The notes under the pieces were generated by a model that was not told where the DNA came from, made no database searches, and saw only the letters and a list, made by a program, of their open reading frames with translations. The position numbers and the translations under genes were made by a program. Of a DNA stretch of 38,456 nucleotides, positions 27,199-35,991 are shown piece after piece (positions within the stretch are counted from its first letter, which is position 1; every line of letters begins with the position of its first letter). This DNA is from Salinispira sp. (GTDB lineage: Bacteria; Spirochaetota; Spirochaetia; DSM-27196; Salinispiraceae), in assembly GCA_965226555.1 (NCBI GenBank), contig CBDDDG010000023.1, forward strand, positions 1 to 38,456, read 5' to 3'.

Positions 27199-28299
27199 AT
27201 GATCGATTTCAAAGAAAAACCCGCACCCGTTCCCTACGACCAAGGATACCGCTCTCTGCTGTTCCAACCCGCAATAATGCTCCAATTTCTTCAACGCTTT
27301 GTCGGAGGCGCATGGACGAAAAAACTCCGCCGTGAAGATATAACCATCGAAAACGGTACCTTTTTCGTTGACCATGCAAAAACACGAATGGCCGACATTG
27401 TCTGCAAAATCAGAAGTCGGGATCACACGGGAAATGTTGCTATCTATGTGCTCCTTGAGCATCAGTCTGGAGTGGACAAAGACATGCCCTTCCGCATGTT
27501 GGAATACACGCACCTTCTCTGCCGGAACATTCGCAGCTCCGGCACAATTCCCGATGACTGCGAATTGATATTTCTGCCCATTGTGTTCTATAATGGCACG
27601 AGAAAATGGAAGGTGCCCGGGAATGTCAGAGAGCAACGGAAGCGGGAATTCCCGCAGTATCTTGCTCCTTTTCCCTACGATCTTATTAGCGAGAGCGATT
27701 ATTCTGCGGAGCAGCTGCAGCAGCGGGGAAGAATGTTTGCGGCTGTTATGTACCTTGATCTGTACTCGAAAAATCTGCTGAATACGGATTGGGACATTCG
27801 GAAGGTAGAGAAAGCGATAGCAGAAATGCTCAATGAGGAATCGCTGGAGCTGATAGAGGAATTTGTCGGCGTGGTAGATTCGATGTTCGGAATTGTTATA
27901 GATTTAGATACGTTAATGAACCAGTTACAAAGAACAAAAGAACCGAGAGGTAAGGAGGTAGCGAAAATGTTCAGAATGAATGCGGAAACATTCAAAGCGC
28001 GCATTGCGGAAATGGGTCGGCAGGAAGGACTTCAGACAGGATTGCGAACAGGTCGTGAAGAAGGACTTCAGACAGGACTGCGAACAGGTCGGCAGGAAGG
28101 ACTGCGAACAGGTCGGCAGGAAGGATTGCAGACAGGTCGGCAGGAAGGATTGCAGAAAGGACTACAGACAGGTCGTGAAGAAGGCATTCGAGAAACGGCC
28201 CGCAGTATGTTTTCCAAAGGATTTTCAGCCCATGACATTCAGGACGTTACCGGGCTGAGCGATGAGGAAATGCGGACAGTGCGGAACGGATCGCATTAA
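27199..28299 (+). CDS. Rpn-family recombination-promoting nuclease/putative transposase, intact (Rpn-3)
   Basis: AGGAGG RBS at 27188; 'YDQGYRSLL', 'MADIVCKI', 'YVLLEHQSGVDKDMPFRMLEY', 'PIVFYNG'; GRQEGLQT repeats; 'ETARSMFSKGFSAHDIQDVTGLS'. Confidence 0.93.
   Translation: MIDFKEKPAPVPYDQGYRSLLFQPAIMLQFLQRFVGGAWTKKLRREDITIENGTFFVDHAKTRMADIVCKIRSRDHTGNVAIYVLLEHQSGVDKDMPFRMLEYTHLLCRNIRSSGTIPDDCELIFLPIVFYNGTRKWKVPGNVREQRKREFPQYLAPFPYDLISESDYSAEQLQQRGRMFAAVMYLDLYSKNLLNTDWDIRKVEKAIAEMLNEESLELIEEFVGVVDSMFGIVIDLDTLMNQLQRTKEPRGKEVAKMFRMNAETFKARIAEMGRQEGLQTGLRTGREEGLQTGLRTGRQEGLRTGRQEGLQTGRQEGLQKGLQTGREEGIRETARSMFSKGFSAHDIQDVTGLSDEEMRTVRNGSH
27967..28299 (+). CDS. Putative internally initiated RpnS-like protein of Rpn-3
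   Basis: TAAGGAGGT at 27951-27959 and an in-frame ATG at 27967. Confidence 0.65.
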   Translation: MFRMNAETFKARIAEMGRQEGLQTGLRTGREEGLQTGLRTGRQEGLRTGRQEGLQTGRQEGLQKGLQTGREEGIRETARSMFSKGFSAHDIQDVTGLSDEEMRTVRNGSH

Positions 28300-28304
28300 T
28301 TGAC

Positions 28305-28388
28305 GTTGCTCGGCCTGCTCGCCCATGCGACTGTTGCTGAGACCGGGGCTGATCGGATGCTTGCGCCTCCTGCTCGCCATGCGTCCGT
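28305..28388. repeat. GC-rich REP-like repeat cluster downstream of Rpn-3
   Basis: CCTGCTCGCCCATGCG...GGGCTGATCGG...CCTGCTCGCCATGCGTCCG. Confidence 0.85.
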
Positions 28389-28390
28389 CA

Positions 28391-28482
28391 GGAATGCTTT
28401 CTTTGTGCTTAGCATTCTCCTATTTTATAGAAGTTTTGCTACTGGAAATTGTGCTCTGCACAATTTTCCAATGCAAAAGTTT
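28391..28482. repeat. AT-rich palindromic mosaic element
   Basis: GGAATGCTTTCTTTGTGCTTAGCATTC module + long hairpin; accounts for the spurious N-terminus of track ORF 28325. Confidence 0.88.
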
Positions 28483-28507
28483 CAAGGAAGAATACTATGA
28501 GAAAATT

Positions 28508-29578
28508 GTGTTGAGCAAAACGTTTTCGTATATTACCTTCACCGCATGGGCTCTGCTCACCATTATGCCCCTGTTCTGGATGACCTATTCATCTTTCAAA
28601 TCGAATGAAGAACTTACCCGCAATATTTTTTCCTTTCCGAGAGATCTTTTCGATAATCGGGATGATGAATATACTGTTATTATACCCGATCTCAATACGA
28701 TTCCCGACTACGACAGCAAAACCGATACCCGTGAGCGCATTGTCATTGAATCGGCAACTATTTCACCCGGACGCCGACTCATGGTGCATTTTCTCGTGAA
28801 GGAAGACATGCCGGCGGCAATTGCCGCGCTGGAGCCCGGCGACCGGCTCCGCGTATCCGACCTCCCCCCGAACCGGCAGCGGCAGATCAACCGCAAAACC
28901 CGTCTTTTCAATTATCGCTCGGCATGGGAAAGAGCGAGGCTCGGAAGGAAATTTCTGAATTCAATTATCTATGCGGGAACATCAACCTTCTTCATAAACC
29001 TGCTCGGACTCATGATCAGCTTTGCCATTAGTCAACTGCCCCTGAAGCGCCTCGGAGCCGCTGTTATGGCGCTTATCGGCATCGGATATCTTCTGAGCAT
29101 TAACTCCGTTATTATCCCCCTCTTTCTCATGCTCACCTCCATCGGCCTCACCGATACACATGTGGGGATTATTCTCGTATACACGGCATTTGGTTTGCCC
29201 CTCGCAGTTCTTCTGGGCGCCCAGTTTATGCGGGGGCTGCCGAGGAGCCTTCTTGAATCGGCTCTCATTGACGGCGCAGGATATTTTCAGGTATTCACGA
29301 GGATTTTTATGCCGATGGCAATTCCGGTCATTATCACGGTTAGTATTATGTCGGCTCTCGGCATTTGGAATGAATTTCTTCTCGTTTTGGTCTTTGCCAG
29401 TTCGGAAGCGACAAAATCGCTGCCAGTCGGGGTATATTCCTTTTCGAGCCTGACCAGCCAGCAGCTTGGATGGCAGCTCGCTGCTCTGGTTATTGCCACC
29501 ATTCCGGTGGTAACGGTCTATCTGCTGTTCAACCGGCAACTCACCAGGGGTGTTGTCGCGGGCGCGGTTAAGCAGTAG
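28508..29578 (+). CDS. Carbohydrate ABC transporter permease (MalG-like) with an extended periplasmic loop
   Basis: 'IMPLFWMTYSSFKSNEE', 'FLNSII', EAA motif 'LPRSLLESALIDGAG', 'WNEF', 'GVVAGAVKQ'. The start is uncertain (in-frame GTG 28508, or out-of-frame ATG 28497). Confidence 0.88.
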   Translation: MLSKTFSYITFTAWALLTIMPLFWMTYSSFKSNEELTRNIFSFPRDLFDNRDDEYTVIIPDLNTIPDYDSKTDTRERIVIESATISPGRRLMVHFLVKEDMPAAIAALEPGDRLRVSDLPPNRQRQINRKTRLFNYRSAWERARLGRKFLNSIIYAGTSTFFINLLGLMISFAISQLPLKRLGAAVMALIGIGYLLSINSVIIPLFLMLTSIGLTDTHVGIILVYTAFGLPLAVLLGAQFMRGLPRSLLESALIDGAGYFQVFTRIFMPMAIPVIITVSIMSALGIWNEFLLVLVFASSEATKSLPVGVYSFSSLTSQQLGWQLAALVIATIPVVTVYLLFNRQLTRGVVAGAVKQ

Positions 29579-29671
29579 CGGTTCAGCGGACGCGGCCATG
29601 CGGGCGCGCTCAGGCGGAAGCGCTCAGGCGCGGTTCAGGCGGAAGCGCTCAGGCGGGAGCGCTCAGGCGGG
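29577..29671. repeat. Short GC-rich tandem repeats between convergent genes
   Basis: GCGCTCAGGCG / GCGGTTCAG units repeated about 6 times. Confidence 0.75.
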
Positions 29672-31126
29672 GAAAATGACGCCGGGGTTCAGTACGTTGT
29701 TGGGGTCGAGCGCTGTTTTTAGGGAGCGCATGGCGGCGATGACGGCGGGCGATAGCGCCGTTCCGAGGAATTGCGCCCGTTTGCGGCCGATGCCGTGTTC
29801 GCCGCTTATGGTTCCGCCAAGTCCGACGACTCGGGTATAGAGCATATCAAGCAGTTCTGTTTCGATATCTCTCCATCGATCCACCGTCATATCGGCAGGT
29901 TTCATGGGCGTAATGTGGAAGTTGCCGTCTCCGGCATGCCCGAAGAGCGCTATGGGCAGGCAGAACGTTCCACGCAGACCATCAACAAAGGCAACAAGCT
30001 CGGGAACTGCCGCGGGCGGTACCACAACATCCTCAAGCGACAGATACTGCCCGCCTTCCTTCTTTGTCCACCAGGGAACAGCCTTCCGCAGCGCCCATAT
30101 CCGCCCGAAGGATTCAGGGCTATCGCCGACATCAACAATGCTCCCTCCCATCTTCCGGAGAATGGCGCACAGCTGCTCTTTCTGAACTGTTAGTTCTTCC
30201 CGATTTTTTCCATCGTATTCCACGAGAAGCAGCGCTGCCTGATCCCGCGCAATTTCCCTGCCTCTCGCTGAGGGGATGGATTCTCTGGTTCGCCGAGCCG
30301 TTTCGCCGTCAATAAACTCAATGGCGCTCGGCACTGTCTGATGACGCAGTTCCGCAACCGAACGGGCTGCCTGCCCGGCCGAATTGAAGCCCGCCAGCAC
30401 GGCAACCCGCGCCTGCGGACGGGGAACAAGTCGCAGCACAATTTTCGTGAACAGCCCCAGCGTTCCCTCCGAACCGACAAGCAGCTGCAGAAGATTATAT
30501 GCGGTAACATCTTTCACATGCTTCCCGCCAAGCTCAAGCACATCGCCGGTCGGGCTCACAACCTCGGCGCCGATAACGTATGCGGAAGTTACCCCGTACT
30601 TGACCGCCCGCCCCCCGCCGGCATTTTCTGCCACGTTGCCGCCGATGTGGCAGATATCTTCACTCATGGGATATCCGGCAAAAAAAAGACCATGGGGCTC
30701 AAGTATCCTGTCCAATTCATTGGTAACAACACCCGGCTCAACGGTCGCCATCATATTTTCCCGGTCAATTTCGATAATTTTATTCATCTTTTCAAAGCAG
30801 CATACCACACCCCCGCTCACCGGAATGGCAGCGCCCGCAAGTCCGCTTCCCGCGCCGCGGGGAGTTACCGGAACACAGCCTGCATTTGCCCATTTCATGA
30901 GGGCTGAAACCTCCCCTGCGCTGCGGGGAAACACAACCGCAGCCGGCATCATCCTATAGCGCTCATCCATAACCATGTCCTTTGAATATTTTCGAAGCGC
31001 GCTGTTATCTGTCTGCCGCGTGCCGACAGCTCCGCCGGTCATATCTTTTGTAGATTTTCGAAGATCGATATCATCGGCAAACAGGCAGGGCTCGGAAAAC
31101 ATCCGCTCAAGCTCCCGAAAACTCAT
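29663..31126 (-). CDS. FAD-linked oxidase, GlcD / D-lactate dehydrogenase family
   Basis: 'PVTPRGAGSGLAG', 'VEPGV', 'IGGNVAENAGG', 'VGSEGTLG', 'FGHAGDGNFH', 'GTISGEHGIG', 'LDPNNVLNPG'; GGAGG RBS before ATG 31126; divergent from the lactate permease. Confidence 0.93.
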   Translation of the reverse strand: MSFRELERMFSEPCLFADDIDLRKSTKDMTGGAVGTRQTDNSALRKYSKDMVMDERYRMMPAAVVFPRSAGEVSALMKWANAGCVPVTPRGAGSGLAGAAIPVSGGVVCCFEKMNKIIEIDRENMMATVEPGVVTNELDRILEPHGLFFAGYPMSEDICHIGGNVAENAGGGRAVKYGVTSAYVIGAEVVSPTGDVLELGGKHVKDVTAYNLLQLLVGSEGTLGLFTKIVLRLVPRPQARVAVLAGFNSAGQAARSVAELRHQTVPSAIEFIDGETARRTRESIPSARGREIARDQAALLLVEYDGKNREELTVQKEQLCAILRKMGGSIVDVGDSPESFGRIWALRKAVPWWTKKEGGQYLSLEDVVVPPAAVPELVAFVDGLRGTFCLPIALFGHAGDGNFHITPMKPADMTVDRWRDIETELLDMLYTRVVGLGGTISGEHGIGRKRAQFLGTALSPAVIAAMRSLKTALDPNNVLNPGVIFPA

Positions 31127-31204
31127 ACTGCCTCCCCTCGTTGATTCTTCAATAATAATTACATTATACTGATGGGGCATACAATGAATCTATAGGAGCA
31201 GATT

Positions 31205-32962
31205 ATGTTCGCGCTTATTGCATTTATTCCAATTCTCACAACGATTATTCTTATGGCTGCCTTCAATGTTCCGGCGAAGAAGGCATTGCCGGCTGCTCTC
31301 GCTCTGGCGGTGATTATCGCCCTGACCATTTGGCAGATGAATGCGCAGGCTGTTTCTGCCTACGTTATTTTCGGGATGCTGAAGGCTCTTGATGTGCTCA
31401 TTATTATATTTGGCGCCATTCTCATTCTGAATACGCTTAAGCAGTCCGGCGCGATGGAGGTGATAAACAGGGGATTCAGCGGGATAACACGTGACCGGCG
31501 GATACAGATTCTCATTGTTGCGTGGATGTTTTCAGCCTTCATTGAGGGCGCTGCCGGTTTCGGCACCCCCGCTGCCCTCGCGGGGCCGCTGCTGGTCGGG
31601 CTGGGGTTTCCGCCGCTGGCTGCCGCGGGAGTTGCGCTGATTATGAATAGTACGCCGGTTGCCTTCGGGGCGGTCGGCGCTCCGGTTTTCGGCGCGATGA
31701 ACACCCTGTCGGGCACCCTTGAATCGCTCGGGCTTAACCCCGCGCTGTTTCAGGAGTCGGTTACCCGCTGGGCTGCGCTTCTGCACGGCATAGCCGGAAC
31801 CTTTCTTCCGCTGCTCGCCATCGCAATGGTTACGAAGTTTTTCGGAAAGGAGCGCTCCATAAAGCCCGCGCTCAAGGCGGCTCCCTTTGCCATTTTCGCA
31901 GGGCTCGCCTTCACCCTGCCCTATGTGCTCATTGCCTGGATTTTCGGACCCGAACTGCCCTCCCTTTTAGGCGCCTTCATCGGTCTCGGCATTGTTATAC
32001 CCGCCGCAAAAAGCGGCTTTCTTGTTCCCGCCGAACTCTGGGATTTTCCTGAAGGGGGGGCAGGCAGGGGCGCGGAGGCACAGGGGGTGTCGGCAGCCCC
32101 CAATGCGCCGGGGGTCGGCGGGGTGTCGGCAGCCGAGCACATGCCCCATGGGGGGTCGGGGGCTCCCGGGGTGTCCGCAGCCCCCAATGCGCCGGGGGCT
32201 CCCGGGGTGTCGGCAGCCCCTGAGGGGGGCAGCGGAAGCATGCCCTTTCTCGTTGCATGGCTTCCCTACATACTCATTGCCGGTATCCTCGTTATTACCC
32301 GCGTGCCGGAGCTCGGACTCGAGGAGCCCCTCATGTCCCTCAAAATCACCCTGCCGAACATACTCGGCATACCGAAACTCACCTACACCCTGCAATGGGC
32401 ATACCTGCCCGGGACAATTCCCTTCATGCTTGTTGCCCTCATAACCCATCTCATCCATAAAATGAGCCTCCCACAGATAAAAACAGCCTGGTCCAATACC
32501 TTCAAACAGCTCGGCGGGGCTGCCGTTGCCCTCTTTGCCGGAGTCGCCCTTGTTCAGCTCATGCTAAATTCAGGAAACAACACCGCCGGATTAGACAGTA
32601 TGCTCAGCGAGATGGCAGCGGCAATCGCAGCCTTCGCAGGCAATACCTACGTCTTTGTCGCGCCCTTCATCGGCGTACTCGGCTCCTTTATGTCCGGCTC
32701 CAACACGGTCTCCAACATTCTCTTCTCCCCCCTCCAGTTCGAAACCGCGGGCATACTCGGCCTGCCGCAGGACATCATCATTGCGGTTCAGATTGTCGGC
32801 GGCGGAATCGGCAACATGGTCTGCGTCAACAATGTTGTTGCTGTCTGCGCAACCCTCGGCATTACCGGAGTTGAGGGCAAACTCATCCGCCGCAACGCCC
32901 TGCCCATGCTCATCTACAGCATCGCCGTCTCCCTCCTCGCCGCCATTTTTATTCTGATATGA
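31205..32962 (+). CDS. lctP: L-lactate permease
   Basis: '[13 protein letters not shown]', '[13 protein letters not shown]', 'GPELPS', '[15 protein letters not shown]', 'GGGIGNM'. Confidence 0.93.
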   Translation: MFALIAFIPILTTIILMAAFNVPAKKALPAALALAVIIALTIWQMNAQAVSAYVIFGMLKALDVLIIIFGAILILNTLKQSGAMEVINRGFSGITRDRRIQILIVAWMFSAFIEGAAGFGTPAALAGPLLVGLGFPPLAAAGVALIMNSTPVAFGAVGAPVFGAMNTLSGTLESLGLNPALFQESVTRWAALLHGIAGTFLPLLAIAMVTKFFGKERSIKPALKAAPFAIFAGLAFTLPYVLIAWIFGPELPSLLGAFIGLGIVIPAAKSGFLVPAELWDFPEGGAGRGAEAQGVSAAPNAPGVGGVSAAEHMPHGGSGAPGVSAAPNAPGAPGVSAAPEGGSGSMPFLVAWLPYILIAGILVITRVPELGLEEPLMSLKITLPNILGIPKLTYTLQWAYLPGTIPFMLVALITHLIHKMSLPQIKTAWSNTFKQLGGAAVALFAGVALVQLMLNSGNNTAGLDSMLSEMAAAIAAFAGNTYVFVAPFIGVLGSFMSGSNTVSNILFSPLQFETAGILGLPQDIIIAVQIVGGGIGNMVCVNNVVAVCATLGITGVEGKLIRRNALPMLIYSIAVSLLAAIFILI

Positions 32963-32979
32963 CTCTGATATAACATGAT

Positions 32980-35088
32980 ATGGCTATGAAAAAAGAAACC
33001 CGAAAACTCATCAATACAATCCACAAGGCATGTTCCGACGGCACATTCGTATTCAGGGGTACAAACGAGGTTCGTAGTAAGATCGATGACGGTATCAGTT
33101 CATCTCTCTACCGCTGGGCAAGAGAAAAGAACATTCTGAATGAGAATTATGATCCGCCGGATATCGAAAAAGATATTGTCGAAAGCGCAAAGAAACACTT
33201 CCCGGCTCACACCAGCAATATAGAAATTTTAACCGATATGCGTCACTACGAAGGTAAGGTCAACATCATTGACTTTACCCGCGATATCCATGTTGCCCTC
33301 TTTTTCGCCTGCCAGCCGAAATACGATGAAGAAAGTAAAAACGAAATTACACCACCCGGCGGCGAAATCATTATCCTGAACGTACACGACTGTACAAAAT
33401 TAGAAAAATTAGAATACGGCACATCCGACGATCTTATTGCCTCACTTATAGAAAAACATAAAAAACCAGATGACGACACATTGCCGGAATTAGCTATTAT
33501 CGAACCTTCGCAGACCCATACCAGCAGGGGCAGGGTCATCGCGCAGGACAGCGTCTTTATTTATCCCAAAAAGGGCTACGTAGATCAGAAATACCTGAAA
33601 AAAATCATACCAATACCGCACAATGTAAAAACAGACATTCTGAACCATATCAGTACATTTCATAATATTAATATCAGCACCATATATAATGATTTAATCG
33701 GGTTTATGCAAAATGAAGAAAACTACAACACTCCGGCAGTTTTCTTTTTTCAGGGCAATGCAGCATTTGGATCGAAAGAATACGAAGATGCAAAGGATTT
33801 TTACACCAAGGCAATCGAACTCAATTCTCAATTTGCTGAGGCATATTATAATCGAGGAGTTGTATGCATTGAACTAAAAAAAAACGATAAGGCCATCTCG
33901 GATTTCACCAAAGCCATCGAACACAATTCTCTATATGCCGAGGCATATCATAATCGAGGACTTGTATATAGCGAACGAAAAGAACTCGATGCTGCCATCT
34001 CAGATTTCGCCAAAGCCATTGAACTTAATCCTCAATTTGCCAATGCATATTATAATCGAGGACTTGTATACGGCAAACGAAAAAAATTCGATAAGGCAAT
34101 CTCAGATTTCGCCAAAGCAATTGAACTTGATCCTCAATATGCAGCGGCATATAATAATCGTGGACTTGTATATTCTAAACAAGGAAACTCTGGCGCTGCC
34201 CTTCAGGACTACACCAAGGCAATCAAAATCAATCCTAAACTCGCCGAGACATATACTAATCGTGGCCTTATATACAGTAAACTAAGCCAATTCGATACAG
34301 CCATCTCGAATTTCACCACAGCAATCAAAATCAATCCTCAATATGCAGCGGCATATAATAATCGTGGACTTGTATATTCTAAACAAGGAAACTCTGGCGC
34401 TGCCCTTCAGGACTACAACAAAGCAATCAAAATCAATCCTAAACTCGCCGAGGCATATACTAATCGTGGACTTACATACAGTAAACTAAGCCAATTCAAT
34501 ACAGCCATCTCGGATTTCACCACAGCAATCAAAATCAATCCTAAACTCGCTGAGGCATATAATAATCGAGGGTTTACATACTATAAACAGAACAAAATTA
34601 GTGATGCCCTTCAGGACTACAACAAAGCAATCGAACTCAATCCTCAATATGCCAAGGCATATTATTATCGAGGAGTTGTATACATTAAACAGGGCAAATT
34701 TAATGATGCCCTTCAGGATTTCACTACAGCAATCCAACTCAATCCTCAATTTGTCGAGGCATATAATTATCGAGGTCTTGTATACGGTGAACAGAGCAAC
34801 TCTGGTGCTGCCCTTCAGGATTTCACTACAGCAATCCAACTCAATCCTCAATATGTTCCGGCATATTATAATCGAGGAGTTGTATACAGCGCACTAAAAA
34901 AACCCGATATAGCCATTCAGGATTACAACAAAGCAATCGAACTCAATCCTCAACTTGCTATAACATATCTTATTCGAAGCCAACTCAGGAAAACAATGGG
35001 CAATGAAGAAGGAGCAAAAGCCGATTTAGCCCGGTATGAACAATTGCAAAAAGAACAGGAATCCGGCGGTGATGGTTCTCCGAAATAA
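32980..35088 (+). CDS. FRG-domain protein with about 13 C-terminal TPR repeats
   Basis: 'FVFRG...SSLYR...RHYEGKVNIIDFTRDIHVALFFAC...RVIAQDSVF' matches FRG motifs; 34-aa 'AYYNRG...AISDFxKAIELNP' repeats follow. Confidence 0.88.
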   Translation: MAMKKETRKLINTIHKACSDGTFVFRGTNEVRSKIDDGISSSLYRWAREKNILNENYDPPDIEKDIVESAKKHFPAHTSNIEILTDMRHYEGKVNIIDFTRDIHVALFFACQPKYDEESKNEITPPGGEIIILNVHDCTKLEKLEYGTSDDLIASLIEKHKKPDDDTLPELAIIEPSQTHTSRGRVIAQDSVFIYPKKGYVDQKYLKKIIPIPHNVKTDILNHISTFHNINISTIYNDLIGFMQNEENYNTPAVFFFQGNAAFGSKEYEDAKDFYTKAIELNSQFAEAYYNRGVVCIELKKNDKAISDFTKAIEHNSLYAEAYHNRGLVYSERKELDAAISDFAKAIELNPQFANAYYNRGLVYGKRKKFDKAISDFAKAIELDPQYAAAYNNRGLVYSKQGNSGAALQDYTKAIKINPKLAETYTNRGLIYSKLSQFDTAISNFTTAIKINPQYAAAYNNRGLVYSKQGNSGAALQDYNKAIKINPKLAEAYTNRGLTYSKLSQFNTAISDFTTAIKINPKLAEAYNNRGFTYYKQNKISDALQDYNKAIELNPQYAKAYYYRGVVYIKQGKFNDALQDFTTAIQLNPQFVEAYNYRGLVYGEQSNSGAALQDFTTAIQLNPQYVPAYYNRGVVYSALKKPDIAIQDYNKAIELNPQLAITYLIRSQLRKTMGNEEGAKADLARYEQLQKEQESGGDGSPK

Positions 35089-35155
35089 TACGGTTGTGCA
35101 ACGGTCTCAAAATATGAGAATATCGTCACGATGTTCACATAACAGGAGCGTACAT

Positions 35156-35818
35156 ATGAATAACCATAAATCAACTACACAATTTGACAAGGAACTATTA
35201 GCTATTGATCATTATAAAAAGTATGGGCTTATGCTTCCGTATATTGGCGAGAACTATGGGAAAGTCAATTTGAAAGTACTCTTTATTGGGGAAAGTCATT
35301 ATTTGCCAGAAGAATCAAAACAAAGTAATGATACTTGGTACAGTGCTGATGAAAATATTCTTAATCCAACCGAAAAAGAATATATAAATACGAGAGGTAT
35401 TGTAGCAGGCGATTGGAAACCTAAAGCCCATGTAATTTATAAGGAGTTAAGTAAAGCACTCAATGGGCTTAGTACTGATACAGATTGTAGAGGCATGGAC
35501 TATGCTTCATTTATGAATGGATTTCAAAGACCAGCTCCCAATGGAGATTCAATTAAAGGCTCTTGTTCACCTTTAGATAGAGAAATAGCAACCAGCACTA
35601 TTAAGCAAGTAATTTCAATAATTAAACCCAATTTGGTTATTTTTGCTTCAAAATTTACATGGGATACGCTTAAGCAAAGTTTTAAGTCTGATAAAAATAT
35701 CACTTTTAAATTTGTAAGTCATCCTTGTGGAGCACATTTTTATATTCATAACAATAAAGACAAACTTTATAAAATTATCTCCGAAAGAAAAAAAGAACTA
35801 GATAAAACTTTTGGATGA
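35156..35818 (+). CDS. Hypothetical protein, uracil-DNA-glycosylase-like superfamily
   Basis: AGGAG RBS and ATG at 35156; 'PYIGENYG..KVLFIGESHY', 'FMNGFQRP', 'IKPNLVIFAS', 'VSHP' fit a UDG-like motif order; visibly AT-rich. Confidence 0.6.
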   Translation: MNNHKSTTQFDKELLAIDHYKKYGLMLPYIGENYGKVNLKVLFIGESHYLPEESKQSNDTWYSADENILNPTEKEYINTRGIVAGDWKPKAHVIYKELSKALNGLSTDTDCRGMDYASFMNGFQRPAPNGDSIKGSCSPLDREIATSTIKQVISIIKPNLVIFASKFTWDTLKQSFKSDKNITFKFVSHPCGAHFYIHNNKDKLYKIISERKKELDKTFG

Positions 35819-35841
35819 AATTTTTGCATTGGAAATTTTGC
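35817..35841. repeat. Truncated AT-rich palindromic element
   Basis: GAAATTTTTGCATTGGAAATTTTGC is the left half of the long hairpin. Confidence 0.65.
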
Positions 35842-35971
35842 CGCGGCATATTATTATCGAAGTAAACTCAGGCAAACAATGGGCGATGAAGAAGGCGCAC
35901 AAGCCGATTTAGCCCGGTATGAACAATTGCAAGAAAAGCAGGAATCTGGCGGTGATGGTTCTCCGAAATAA
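35840..35971 (+). pseudogene. 3' remnant of a second FRG-TPR paralogue
   Basis: Reads AAAYYYRSKLRQTMGDEEGAQADLARYEQLQEKQESGGDGSPK*; 35858-35982 matches 34975-35099 with 10 mismatches in 125 bp by my count. Confidence 0.85.
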
Positions 35972-35991
35972 TACGGTTGTGCGCAAACAAA

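Noticed and set aside
29771..32957. Numerous 60-190 aa overlapping or antisense ORFs in the oxidase/lctP region, and likewise within the caspase and transposase genes
   Set aside because: Shadow ORFs of GC-rich coding sequence, with no recognisable motifs or RBS.
34975..35982. TR/VR pair of a diversity-generating retroelement
   Set aside because: Only 2 of the 10 differences are at adenines of the would-be template (the non-genic copy). No reverse transcriptase is in the window.
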